DNA from: Verrucomicrobiota bacterium
Lineage (GTDB): Bacteria; Verrucomicrobiota; Verrucomicrobiia; Limisphaerales; UBA11358
Assembly: GCA_049523455.1 (NCBI GenBank)
Contig: JBEKMW010000013.1
Location: forward strand, 8,513 to 72,512
Reading direction: 5' to 3'
Length of the DNA stretch: 64,000 bases
A program made the translations under genes and the position numbers. Below, piece by piece: positions 44,457-55,596 of the stretch (position 1 is its first letter; every line of letters starts with the position of its first letter). A model generated the notes under the pieces. It saw nothing but the letters and a program-made list of their open reading frames with translations. It ran no database searches and was not told where the DNA came from.

Positions 44457-44500
44457 GCGAAAGAAAGGCGCTGGGGTTTCCCGCGCCGTCCTTTCGCTTT
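44457..44500 (+). terminator. Long hairpin after rpsO (terminator/attenuator or pnp-leader processing stem)
   Basis: gcgaaag..ggcgc..ggg-gttt-ccc..gcgcc..ctttcgc followed by ttt. The T-tract is short. Confidence 0.45.
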
Positions 44501-44651
44501 CGGATTCGGGCCCGTGACAGCGCGAACGACCCGGTCCTCCAACCAACCACATCGCGTATGAAAATTCCGTCATCCCTGGGAAATTTCACTCAGCTCCGAA
44601 ATGGTTCGGAGTTTACTGAAGTTCCCCGGGCGCTGGCGGGCAGAAACAGAT

Positions 44652-46790
44652 ATGTCAGAGAAAATCACCGCCCAAGTGGGCGAACACCAAGTCATTATTG
44701 AAACCGGCAAGCTCGCCAGGCAGGCGGACGGCGCAGTCACCGTCCAGGCCGGCGACACCATCGTGATCGTGGCGGCCGTGGCCGCCACCAAAGCCAAGGA
44801 GGGACAGGAGTTCTTTCCCTTGACCGTGGATTACCGTGAAAAAGCGGCGGCGGCGGGCAAGTTCCCCGGCGGCTACTTCAAGCGTGAAGGCCGCCCCACC
44901 GAAAAGGAAATCCTCACCTCGCGGTTCACCGACCGCCCCATCCGTCCCCTCTTTCCCAAAGGCTGGTACAACGAAGTGCAGGTGCAGAGCATCGTTTTGA
45001 GCGCCGACGGCGAGAACGACCCGGACGTTCTGAGCATCGTGGGCGCCAGCACCGCGCTGATGCTGAGCGACATTCCGTGGGCTGGGCCGCTGGGCGCCGT
45101 GCGCGTGGGCCGCGTCCAGGGCAAATTCGTCGCCAACCCCACCCACTCCCAGATGAAGGAGAGCGACCTGGACCTGGTCTATGTGGGCAACGAAACCGAC
45201 ATCGTGATGTACGAAGGCTCGGCCAAGGAAATCTCCGAGGCCGACTTCATTGCCGCGCTCAAGTTCGGCCACGACGCCATCCAACCCATCATCGCCGCCC
45301 AAAGGGAGCTGGTCGCCCGGGCCGGCCGGAAGAAACGCGAAATCAAGCTCAACATCGTTCCCGACGAGGTCCTGCAGGAGGCCAAAACGCTGGCCGGCGA
45401 TCGTGTGGTGCCGGCCCTTTTGATGCCCGGCAAGCTCGCCCGCGAAGCCGCCGCCAAGGCGATTCAAGATGAGGTGGGCGTCAAGCTCGTCGAGAAATTC
45501 GGCGCGGAGAAGGTGACGGACTTCGTCATCAAGGACGCGTTCTATTACATCCAGAAGGAAGCGATCCGCAGCTTGATTTTGGACCAAAACAAGCGGCTGG
45601 ATGGGCGCGATTTCAACACGGTGCGCCCGATTTCATCCGAAGTGGGCCTGCTGCCGCGGGCGCATGGATCGGCCCTGTTCGCGCGCGGCGAAACCCAGGC
45701 CATTGCCCTGGCCACCCTGGGCACCGGCCAGGACGTGCAGGAGTTCGACTCCTACACCGGGGGCGAGAGCGAGAAGAAATTCATTCTGCATTACAACTTC
45801 CCGAATTTCTCGGTGGGCGAAACCGGCCGCATCGCCGGTCCCGGCCGGCGCGAAATCGGCCACGGCGCCCTCGCGGAACGTTCCCTGGAGCCGATGCTGC
45901 CGGTCGAGAATTATCCGTACTCCATCCGCGTGACCAGCGAGATCATGGAATCCAACGGTTCCACCTCCATGGCCACCGTCTGCGCCGGGTCGCTGGCGTT
46001 GATGGACGCGGGCGTGCCGGTGGTGCGCCCGGTGGCGGGCATCAGCGTGGGCATTTGCACCGAATACAGCGGCGGGAAGATTTCCCGCTACCAGTTGCTC
46101 ACCGACATCATCGGCTGGGAAGACCATTACTGCGACATGGACTGCAAGATCGCCGGCACCGAAAAGGGCATCACGGGCTTCCAGCTTGACCTCAAGCTGA
46201 AGGGGCTGCCGCACGCGCTGATGGCCGAGGCGATTGAAAAGGCCCGCGTCGCGCGCCTGCACATTCTCGGCGAAATGGCCAGGACACTCGCCGCGCCGCG
46301 TCCGGAAATCAGCAAGTACGCTCCGCGCATCGAGGTCATCAAGATTAATCCGGAAAAAATCGGCGCCCTCATCGGCCCCGGCGGCAAGAACATCAAGAAG
46401 CTGGTCGAGGAATCCGGCTGCGAGATTGACATCGAAGACGACGGCACGGTGAACATCTTCTCCGTGTCGCCCGAAGGCATGAAGATCGCCCGCGACTCGA
46501 TCATGGGGATGACGGCGGAAGCCGAGCCCGGAAAGACCTACCGCGGCAAGGTGGTCACCATCAAGGAATTCGGCGCCTTTGTGGAATTTCTGCCCGGCAA
46601 GGACGGCCTGGTGCACATCAGCGAACTGGCCAACTTCCGCGTCAAGAAAACCGAGGACATCGTCAAAGTGGGCGACGAGATCACCGTCAAGTGCCTGGGT
46701 GTGGACGAAAAAGGCCGGGTGCGTTTGTCCCGCAAAGCCGCCATGGCCGAGCGCGACGCCGAAATGGCCGGGAACGAAAAGAAGCATTAA
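44652..46790 (+). CDS. pnp: Polyribonucleotide nucleotidyltransferase (PNPase)
   Basis: [29 protein letters not shown]..., two RNase PH domains, a KH domain ([11 protein letters not shown]) and an S1 domain ([17 protein letters not shown]). ATG 44652 is preferred over the track start 44601. Confidence 0.95.
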   Translation: MSEKITAQVGEHQVIIETGKLARQADGAVTVQAGDTIVIVAAVAATKAKEGQEFFPLTVDYREKAAAAGKFPGGYFKREGRPTEKEILTSRFTDRPIRPLFPKGWYNEVQVQSIVLSADGENDPDVLSIVGASTALMLSDIPWAGPLGAVRVGRVQGKFVANPTHSQMKESDLDLVYVGNETDIVMYEGSAKEISEADFIAALKFGHDAIQPIIAAQRELVARAGRKKREIKLNIVPDEVLQEAKTLAGDRVVPALLMPGKLAREAAAKAIQDEVGVKLVEKFGAEKVTDFVIKDAFYYIQKEAIRSLILDQNKRLDGRDFNTVRPISSEVGLLPRAHGSALFARGETQAIALATLGTGQDVQEFDSYTGGESEKKFILHYNFPNFSVGETGRIAGPGRREIGHGALAERSLEPMLPVENYPYSIRVTSEIMESNGSTSMATVCAGSLALMDAGVPVVRPVAGISVGICTEYSGGKISRYQLLTDIIGWEDHYCDMDCKIAGTEKGITGFQLDLKLKGLPHALMAEAIEKARVARLHILGEMARTLAAPRPEISKYAPRIEVIKINPEKIGALIGPGGKNIKKLVEESGCEIDIEDDGTVNIFSVSPEGMKIARDSIMGMTAEAEPGKTYRGKVVTIKEFGAFVEFLPGKDGLVHISELANFRVKKTEDIVKVGDEITVKCLGVDEKGRVRLSRKAAMAERDAEMAGNEKKH

Positions 46791-46814
46791 CCGCCGGCCA
46801 GCGACTCGAATTCA

Positions 46815-46848
46815 AAAGCGCGAACGGACAACCGTTCGCGCTTTTTTC
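46815..46848 (+). terminator. Rho-independent terminator after pnp
   Basis: aaagcgcgaacgg-acaa-ccgttcgcgcttt followed by a T-run. Confidence 0.85.
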
Positions 46849-47057
46849 CGGGTAGTGTCCTGATTTGCGGCGGAGCGCGGGGTCTGCGACCCGCAGCGGC
46901 TTGGATTGCATGGGGATGTGCTGCGGCTCATAGAGCCGCGCTCCTGAGTTTAGGACACTGCCTTTTTCTGGAATCGTTCGTCCCTTTTGGACGATGATAC
47001 GATTTTGCAGTCAAAGCGTCGCAAATCGTCCGGGCACGCCGCGCCTTAACGTGGACT

Positions 47058-47126
47058 GCGCAGACATGTCTGCGCTTTGATTCGACGCGACATGTCGCGT
47101 CGAAGAAAGCGGCGGCGTGCCACCGC
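47058..47126. repeat. Triple-hairpin GACATGTC REP element, copy B (third hairpin degenerate)
   Basis: gcgcagacatgtctgcgc, tcgacgcgacatgtcgcgtcga and gcggcggcgtgccaccgc. Same order and orientation as copy A. Confidence 0.85.
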
Positions 47127-47217
47127 ACTCCAAGACGCTGCGCGTGTCATCCACGCCATGTTGCCCATCCCAAAATGAATTCAGGATAAGAGACCGTTGC
47201 CCACGCGGAATTTGGAT

Positions 47218-47529
47218 TTAAAGATTCAACCACGTTTGAAGGTGTTGATTCAACGTTTGCAAATCGGCAGTTGCCAGTTTCCCGACAATTTTTACCACGA
47301 GTCTTTCCTCAACGGTCGCAAGCTGTGCCTTGATGCCAGAGGGCACGTTCAATCCCGCCGCGCGCCATTCCGCGAGGGGAAAATCCGTGTTAGCCAGAAC
47401 CGAGGAAACGGGAACCACAAACAAATCCGCGCCGCTGCGGCCAATGACGATGGCGGGCCGAACTTTGCGGCTGGTCAAGTCCGTGAACGGAATCGGAAGG
47501 AGAACGACGTCATTTCGCGAGCAGTTCAT
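47218..47529 (-). CDS. PemK/MazF-family type II toxin (mRNA interferase)
   Basis: 103 aa: DVVLLPIPFTDLTSRKVRPAIVIG...VVPVSS...LNVPSGIKAQLATVEERLV. Confidence 0.8.
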   Translation of the reverse strand: MNCSRNDVVLLPIPFTDLTSRKVRPAIVIGRSGADLFVVPVSSVLANTDFPLAEWRAAGLNVPSGIKAQLATVEERLVVKIVGKLATADLQTLNQHLQTWLNL

Positions 47530-47713
47530 TGAAAACGTCGTCGTCCGGGTGGTTCCAGGTCTTCAATAATTCTTCCTCGGAAAGTTTCAGCCACGCCTCG
47601 CGCTCCACGTCGGATTCGATGGTCACGCGCACGCGGGATTTTTCCGGCAGCGACAGCGGCGCTGGCAAAAGGAGTTTGCCTTGTTCGTAAATGGCTTCAA
47701 CCGTCGTTGTCAT
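47510..47713 (-). CDS. Antitoxin (DUF104 / AF2212-like family)
   Basis: MTTTVEAIYEQGKLLLPAPLSLPEKSRVRVTIE is the characteristic N-terminus. It overlaps the MazF-like gene by 20 nt. ATG 47713 is preferred. Confidence 0.7.
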   Translation of the reverse strand: MTTTVEAIYEQGKLLLPAPLSLPEKSRVRVTIESDVEREAWLKLSEEELLKTWNHPDDDVFNELLAK

Positions 47714-47783
47714 AAGGCAATTGTCGCCGGAAATGGGATTGCGGCAAGTGAAAATTGCCCCAATCGTCCATCCCAAAATGAAT

Positions 47784-47990
47784 TCAGGCCTGAATGTCTT
47801 CAGGTTCCAAGCCGGGATACTCCTTGAGAATCTTGCGCTCGGTCGTGCCGGAAGCGAGCAAATCCAAAATCAGCGAAACCCAGATGCGATGTCCGCGAAT
47901 GCACGGCTTGCCGAAGCAACGCGCCGGGTCAATCCAGATGCGCTGAAGCAACTCTTCCCGGGAAAGTTGTTTATGTGCCTTTGCCTTCAT
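47784..47990 (-). CDS. DUF433 domain protein (antitoxin-like HTH)
   Basis: IWIDPARCFGKPCIRGHRIWVSLILDLLASGTTERKILKEYPGLEPEDIQA matches the DUF433 pattern. No DUF5615/PIN-like partner is seen. Confidence 0.7.
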   Translation of the reverse strand: MKAKAHKQLSREELLQRIWIDPARCFGKPCIRGHRIWVSLILDLLASGTTERKILKEYPGLEPEDIQA

Positions 47991-48019
47991 CGCAATGAAA
48001 TTATCGCCCTAATTTTAAC

Positions 48020-50509
<2,490 letters not shown>

Positions 50510-50755
50510 TCATCGGCCTGCTGGTGGACACCGACCCAGGCGGTTTGCGCCCGACCCGCAGGTCCAAAGCTCCAACTCAAACTCCAAGACCATAACCTAT
50601 GTCCTCGCCTTCCATCCTCACCCATGTCCCCGCCCCGTGCCGGAAAACGCGCCCTACGAAGCAGCCGTTGCTTCCTGGCATTGAAGCAACTATGAAATAT
50701 CCGGGTTAAAGGCTAAAGCTTGCCGGCTGGCTAGACCGGGGGCGTGCGCTTGCTT

Positions 50756-51901
50756 TCAGGTGTTACTTCGCAATTGGAGTTCGCGTTCGGTCTTCAAGCG
50801 CAATTGGCCGCAGGCTGCGTCAATATCGCCGCCCTTTTCATGCCGCAGGGTGGCGGCGACCTTTTGTTTTTTCAGCGCGCTCTGAAACGCCTCGCAAACA
50901 TCATCCGCGGGCCGTTGCCACGGCAGGCCGGCGACCGGGTTGTAGGGAATGAGGTTCACCTTGGCGAAAAGCTTTTTAGCCAGCGTGGCGAGCGGTTTGG
51001 TCTGTTCCAGTGAGTCGTTGACACCGGCGATCAAAATGTATTCAAAGGTGATCATCCGTCCCTTCCGCCGCTGATACTCCTGGCAGGCGGCGATGAGTTC
51101 CGGGAGCGGATACTTGCGGTTGATCGGCATGATCCGGCTGCGCACGGCGTCGGTGGCGCCGTGCAGTGAAACGGCGAGGCGAAACTGAAACGGCTCGGCG
51201 GCGAGGCGGCGGATTTGCGGCGCGAGACCGCTGGTGGAAATGGTGATCTTGCGCGCGCCGATGGCGCCGCCCCAGGGCGCATTGGCGATGGCCAGGGCCT
51301 GCAACAGGTTTTCATAATTGGCCAGCGGCTCGCCCATTCCCATGATGACGAGGTTGTCAATCAGGCGCGGGGAGCCTTGGGCGGGCGGAGCGGCCGGTGC
51401 GGCGGCGGCCGGATTTTCCTCGTGCAATGCGCGTTCAGTGTTTTGCACCCGCTGCACGGCCAGCACCTGTTCCACAATTTCGTCCGGGGTGAGGTTGCGC
51501 TTCCAACCCTCAAGCCCGCTGGCGCAGAATTTGCAACCGTAAGCACAACCGACCTGGGTGGAAACGCAGAGCGTCCGCCGGTCGCTGGCGTCGCCGTAAA
51601 GGGCGGGGTTCGCGGGGATCAAGACGCTTTCGATGAGCGCGTGGTCGCGCAGCCGCCACAGGAATTTCCGGGTGGCGTCGCCGGCCCCCTGCTGGCGCAC
51701 CAATTCCAGCGTGTGCAGCGAAAAGGTTTCCGCCAGTTTTTGGCGCAAGTCCTTCGGCAGATTGGTCATGACGTCCCAACCGGTGGCGCGGCGGGCGTAA
51801 AGCCAATCCAGCAACTGCGCGGCGCGATAGGCGGGCTGTCGCCAGGCGGCGAATTGGGCTTCCAATTCGGCGCGGGTCAATGATTTTATATCCGGCAGCA
51901 C
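50756..51901 (-). CDS. rlmN: 23S rRNA/tRNA adenine-C2 methyltransferase RlmN (radical SAM)
   Basis: AYRAAQLLDWLY, CVSTQVGCAYGCKFCASG, MGMGEPLANY and RHEKGGDIDAACGQL. GTG start. Confidence 0.95.
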   Translation of the reverse strand: MLPDIKSLTRAELEAQFAAWRQPAYRAAQLLDWLYARRATGWDVMTNLPKDLRQKLAETFSLHTLELVRQQGAGDATRKFLWRLRDHALIESVLIPANPALYGDASDRRTLCVSTQVGCAYGCKFCASGLEGWKRNLTPDEIVEQVLAVQRVQNTERALHEENPAAAAPAAPPAQGSPRLIDNLVIMGMGEPLANYENLLQALAIANAPWGGAIGARKITISTSGLAPQIRRLAAEPFQFRLAVSLHGATDAVRSRIMPINRKYPLPELIAACQEYQRRKGRMITFEYILIAGVNDSLEQTKPLATLAKKLFAKVNLIPYNPVAGLPWQRPADDVCEAFQSALKKQKVAATLRHEKGGDIDAACGQLRLKTERELQLRSNT

Positions 51902-51977
51902 GCCGGCAACTTAAGCGTGGCGAACGGGAAAACCAACCCCGAAAGCTTTTCAGTCCAGCGCAAAACGCGCAAAAAGC

Positions 51978-52005
51978 TTGACCTGTGGCGCAATCCGGTT
52001 ATGAT
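51978..52005 (+). promoter_or_regulatory. Candidate sigma-70-type promoter TTGACC-N16-TATGAT
   Basis: Hexamers read at 51978-51983 and 52000-52005, upstream of the leader ORF and DAHP synthase. Confidence 0.4.
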
Positions 52006-52011
52006 GCGGGC

Positions 52012-52154
52012 GTGAACAAGAGCAGTTGGCAATTTACCGGCAACGCTGCCGCGTGGTTTTACTTTACCACGGCGGCGGACGGGTATTTGTCGCTGCGCTG
52101 AATCGCAACCACAACCAACACCATCCGCCGCAGGTCGCCACCTGCGGTTTTTTT
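52012..52154 (+). promoter_or_regulatory. Candidate aromatic-amino-acid leader peptide plus transcription attenuator upstream of DAHP synthase
   Basis: A 29-codon ORF (GTG 52012 to TGA 52101) encodes VNKSSWQFTGNAAAWFYFTTAADGYLSLR. Alternative hairpins are present. The terminator ccgcaggt-cgcc-acctgcgg plus T7 lies at 52128-52154, 33 nt before the aro gene ATG. Confidence 0.5.
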
Positions 52155-52186
52155 GTGGAGACCTCCGGCCAACTTGAAAGGCAAAC

Positions 52187-53206
52187 ATGATCATCGTCCT
52201 CAAACCCGGCATCTCAAAGCAGCAGGAGTCTTCCGTGCTCGCCGAAATCCGCAAGCGCGGCTACCGTCCGCACGTGATGCGCGGCGTGGCCCGCATCGTC
52301 ATCGGCGCCATCGGCGACGAATTAACCCACGCCAGCCTCGAAACGCTCGTCACGGAATTCCCGGCCGCCGTCGAAAGCGTCATGCCCGTGCAGAAACGCT
52401 ACAAGCTTGTCAGCCGCGAGGCGCATCCGGTCAGTTCCACCGTCACCATTCGCGGCCATGTCATTGGCGGAAAAAAACTCCAGGTGATGGCCGGGCCGTG
52501 TTCCGTCGAAAGCGAAAAACAGTTGCTCACCACCGCCGTGGCCGTGAAGGCGGCGGGCGCCACGATCTTGCGCGGCGGCGCATTCAAGCCGCGCACCTCG
52601 CCGTATGAATTCCAGGGCCTCGGGGAGAAGGGATTGAAGCTGCTGGCCAAGGCGCGGCGCGAAACCGGCCTGGCCGTGATCACCGAGCTGCTTTCCGAAA
52701 ACCACACCGACCTCGTCGCTGAATACACTGACATCATCCAGATCGGCGCGCGTAACGCGCAGAACTTCCAGTTGCTCAGCGCCGCCGCGAAAACCGGCAA
52801 GCCCGTCCTGCTCAAGCGCGGGCTGTCCATGAAGATTGAGGAATGGCTGCTCGCCGGCGAGTACATCCTGGCCAATGAAAACCCCAACCTGATGTTCTGT
52901 GAGCGCGGCATCCGCACTTTCGAGACTTACACGCGCAACACGCTCGACCTCTCGGCCATTCCGATCATCAAGAAGGAGTCGCACTGTCCGATAGTGATTG
53001 ATCCCAGCCAGGGCGCCGGCCGGGCCGATCTCGTGGCCGCCATGTGCAAGGGCGCGGTGGCGATGGGCGCTGACGCGCTGCTCATCGAGGTGCATCCCAA
53101 TCCGGCGGAGGCGTGGAGCGATGGCGCGCAGCAGGTTTCGCTCGAACTGTTCGCGAAGCTGATGGACGAACTGCGCCCGTTCATCCAGGCGGCCGGCCGG
53201 GAATGA
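52187..53206 (+). CDS. 3-deoxy-7-phosphoheptulonate (DAHP) synthase, type I-beta with an N-terminal ferredoxin-like regulatory domain
   Basis: 339 aa: MIIVLKPGISKQQ... (regulatory domain), then MAGPCSVESEKQLL...ILRGGAFKPRTSPYEFQGLG...DIIQIGARNAQNF...IDPSQGAGR. Confidence 0.9.
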   Translation: MIIVLKPGISKQQESSVLAEIRKRGYRPHVMRGVARIVIGAIGDELTHASLETLVTEFPAAVESVMPVQKRYKLVSREAHPVSSTVTIRGHVIGGKKLQVMAGPCSVESEKQLLTTAVAVKAAGATILRGGAFKPRTSPYEFQGLGEKGLKLLAKARRETGLAVITELLSENHTDLVAEYTDIIQIGARNAQNFQLLSAAAKTGKPVLLKRGLSMKIEEWLLAGEYILANENPNLMFCERGIRTFETYTRNTLDLSAIPIIKKESHCPIVIDPSQGAGRADLVAAMCKGAVAMGADALLIEVHPNPAEAWSDGAQQVSLELFAKLMDELRPFIQAAGRE

Positions 53207-54259
53207 AGAACGATGCCGGAGGACAGGTTCCTGGTCCGTTACGGCGTCGTGGAATTTGAGGATGTCGCCTTTTTCGCCCTTGAGTTCGGCTTCCTTGAAC
53301 TTGATGGCGGCGCGGGGGTGTTGGTTCAACATGCCGGTGAGCAGATAGGGCAGGTCGTAGCCCCATAGCAGTTTGGCGCGCATGGGTTCGACGTGATTTT
53401 GCACGCAGTCGAGCACGGGACGCAGTTTGTACTTGGGGTTGTGGAGGAATCCCAGCAGCAGTTCCATGGGACAGTTGCCGGCGCCGCGGCCCAAGCCGGC
53501 CATGGTGGCGTCGAGAAAATTGGCGCCCAGGATGATGCCTTCGATGGTGTTGGCGAAGGCGAGTTGCATGTTGTTGTGCATGTGCACGCCCACTTCCTTG
53601 CCCGAGGCCTTGCAGAAGTGCTGGTATTTTTTCACCAGGTATTGCACCCGCTCGCTGTAAAGGGCGCCGAAGCTGTCCACCACGTAGATGACCTTGGCTT
53701 CGGATTGGGCGAGCATCGCCAGGCCTTCGTCCAGCTCACGGTCCGGCACGGCGGAGGCCGCCATGAGATTCACCGTGGTTTCGTAGCCCTTGTCGTGCGC
53801 GTCTTTCACCATGTCCAGCGCGGTGGGAATCTGGCTGATATAGGTGGCCACGCGGATCAGGTCCAACACGCTGTCTTTTTTCTGCAAGATGTCTTCGTGG
53901 TAATCGCACCGGTCGGCGTCGGCCATGACGCTGAGCTTGAGGCTGGTGGGATTGTCGCCCACGATGCGGCGGATGTCCTCCTCGAGGCAGTATTTCCAAC
54001 AGCCGTGTTCGCCGGCCTTGATGCCTTTGCGCGACGCCTTGTAACCGAGTTCCATGTAATCCACGCCCGCGGCCACACACGTGTCATAGACGGTCTTGAC
54101 GAGTTGGTCGTCGAACTGGTGGTTATTCATCAAGCCGCCGTCGCGGATGGTGCAGTCGAGCACCTTGATTTCGGGGCGGTAGGATAGCCAGCGGCTGGTG
54201 GCGGTATTCTTCGGCGCGCGGCTGGGAGCGGCCGGCTCGTTAGGCTTCGTTGCTTTCAT
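52322..54259 (-). CDS. HMGL-like (DmpG / pyruvate carboxyltransferase-type) aldolase; recognisable domain ends near 53230 but the first in-frame stop is at 52322
   Basis: From ATG 54259: MKATKPNE...KVLDCTIRDGGLMNNHQF...GVDYMELGY...VGVHMHNNMQLAFANTIEGIILGANFLDATMAGLGRGAGNCPMELLLGFL. Beyond ...KFHDAVTDQE the translation looks like antisense noise of the DAHP synthase gene. Confidence 0.6.
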   Translation of the reverse strand: MKATKPNEPAAPSRAPKNTATSRWLSYRPEIKVLDCTIRDGGLMNNHQFDDQLVKTVYDTCVAAGVDYMELGYKASRKGIKAGEHGCWKYCLEEDIRRIVGDNPTSLKLSVMADADRCDYHEDILQKKDSVLDLIRVATYISQIPTALDMVKDAHDKGYETTVNLMAASAVPDRELDEGLAMLAQSEAKVIYVVDSFGALYSERVQYLVKKYQHFCKASGKEVGVHMHNNMQLAFANTIEGIILGANFLDATMAGLGRGAGNCPMELLLGFLHNPKYKLRPVLDCVQNHVEPMRAKLLWGYDLPYLLTGMLNQHPRAAIKFKEAELKGEKGDILKFHDAVTDQEPVLRHRSSFPAGRLDERAQFVHQLREQFERNLLRAIAPRLRRIGMHLDEQRVSAHRHRALAHGGHEIGPAGALAGINHYRTVRLLLDDRNGREVERVARVSLESADAALTEHQVGVFIGQDVLAGEQPFLNLHGQPALEQDGLAGFRGGAEQLEVLRVTRADLDDVSVFSDEVGVVFGKQLGDHGQAGFAPRLGQQLQSLLPEALEFIRRGARLECAAAQDRGARRLHGHGGGEQLFFAFDGTRPGHHLEFFSANDMAANGDGGTDRMRLAADKLVAFLHGHDAFDGGREFRDERFEAGVG

Positions 54260-54315
54260 AGTTTGAATCAGACCGGAGCGCGCACGCCCCAAGGTGTGGA
54301 TATTTATTGGCTGAA

Positions 54316-55422
54316 TTATGCGAAGAAATCCTTGATGACCCGGGCGACGCGCTGGATTTGGGCGTCGGTCAACTCCGGATAAATTGGCAGGCTCAGGCAT
54401 TCGCGCGCGGCTTTTTCCGCCACGGGGAAATCGCCGGCTTGGTGGCCCAGGCTGGCGTAAGCCTTTTGCAAATGCAGCGGAATGGGATAATGCACGGCGC
54501 AGCCGACCCCCTGGGATTCGAGGTGCTGCTTGAGTTCGTCGCGGCGCGGGTGCCGGACCACATAGACATGCCACGCGCTTTCGGCGTATGGGGCCTCGCC
54601 TGGCAGTTGGAGCGGCGTGTCGGCCAGCACTTCGGCGTATCGGTGCGCCACCCGGCGGCGTCCGGCCGTCCATTTGGCCAAATGCTTCAGCTTAACGCCC
54701 AGGGTCGCGCCCTGAAAACCCTCCATGCGATAATTGAAACCAATCTCGTCGTGGTAATAGCGCACCGTGGAACCATGTTCGCGCAAGGCGCGGGCACGCT
54801 TGTCAAACGCAGCGTTGTTCGTCACCAGCGCGCCGCCTTCGCCGCAGGCCCCGAGATTCTTGCCCGGATAAAAACTGAAACAGGAAATTTCGCCGAAAGT
54901 GCCGACGGTGCGACCGTTGTACGTCGCGCCGTGCGCCTGGGCGGCGTCCTCGACCAGCGGCAACTTGTGTTTCCGGCAAATGGCCAGAATAGGATCCAGA
55001 TCGAAGGGATGGCCATAAAGGTGCACAGGCATGACGGCCTTGGTGCGGCGGGTAATGGCGCGTTCGAGCAGCTTGGGATTCAGATTGAACGTGTCGTCCT
55101 CGATGTCCACGTAAACCGGTTTGGCGCCGACGTAGGAAATGGCCCAACTCGTCGCGACAAAGGTCAAGGGGGTGGTGACGACTTCGTCGCCGGGCCCGAC
55201 CCCGAGCAGCAGCATGGCCACGTGCAGCGCCGAAGTGCCGCTGTTGAAGCCGGCACAGTGATCGGCGCCGATGTATTGCGCGAAGTCCTTCTCAAATTGG
55301 GCGACGTCCGGCCCCAGGCAGAACGAGCAGTGATCAACGGTGCGCGCGAGCGCGGCGTCAATTTCCTTGCGAATGCCGCGCAATTGCGCCGGCAGGTCGA
55401 GGTACGGAATTTTTTCAGCCAT
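54316..55422 (-). CDS. DegT/DnrJ/EryC1-family PLP aminotransferase
   Basis: MAEKIPYLDLPAQLRGIRKEIDAALARTVDHCSFCLGPDVAQFEKDFAQYIGADHCAGFNSGTSALHVAM...[14 protein letters not shown]. An alternative GTG lies at 55434. Confidence 0.85.
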   Translation of the reverse strand: MAEKIPYLDLPAQLRGIRKEIDAALARTVDHCSFCLGPDVAQFEKDFAQYIGADHCAGFNSGTSALHVAMLLLGVGPGDEVVTTPLTFVATSWAISYVGAKPVYVDIEDDTFNLNPKLLERAITRRTKAVMPVHLYGHPFDLDPILAICRKHKLPLVEDAAQAHGATYNGRTVGTFGEISCFSFYPGKNLGACGEGGALVTNNAAFDKRARALREHGSTVRYYHDEIGFNYRMEGFQGATLGVKLKHLAKWTAGRRRVAHRYAEVLADTPLQLPGEAPYAESAWHVYVVRHPRRDELKQHLESQGVGCAVHYPIPLHLQKAYASLGHQAGDFPVAEKAARECLSLPIYPELTDAQIQRVARVIKDFFA

Positions 55423-55461
55423 GGTGGAGCACACGAGCCACCTTCGTGCTCCGGGTTAAAA

Positions 55462-55497
55462 TGCAAAAAATCCCGCGGCAATGCAAGCCGCGGGATT
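55462..55497 (-). terminator. Rho-independent terminator after hsp20
   Basis: On the minus strand: aatcccgcggc-ttgcatt-gccgcgggatt followed by ttttgcatttt. Confidence 0.75.
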
Positions 55498-55596
55498 GGG
55501 GATCGTCAAACGTACGCATCTATTCATGGCTATTAAATGGATTGCCGCTTTGGTGAACGCCCGGCAGGCAAACTGCCTGCCGGAATTCTCATTGGC

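Noticed and set aside
44655-46787. Minus-strand ORFs of 310 aa and 384 aa opposite pnp
   Set aside because: They are shadow ORFs of an unambiguous PNPase gene.
53393-55536. Plus-strand ORFs of 264 aa and 409 aa
   Set aside because: They are antisense to the aldolase and DegT aminotransferase genes, both of which have strong family motifs.
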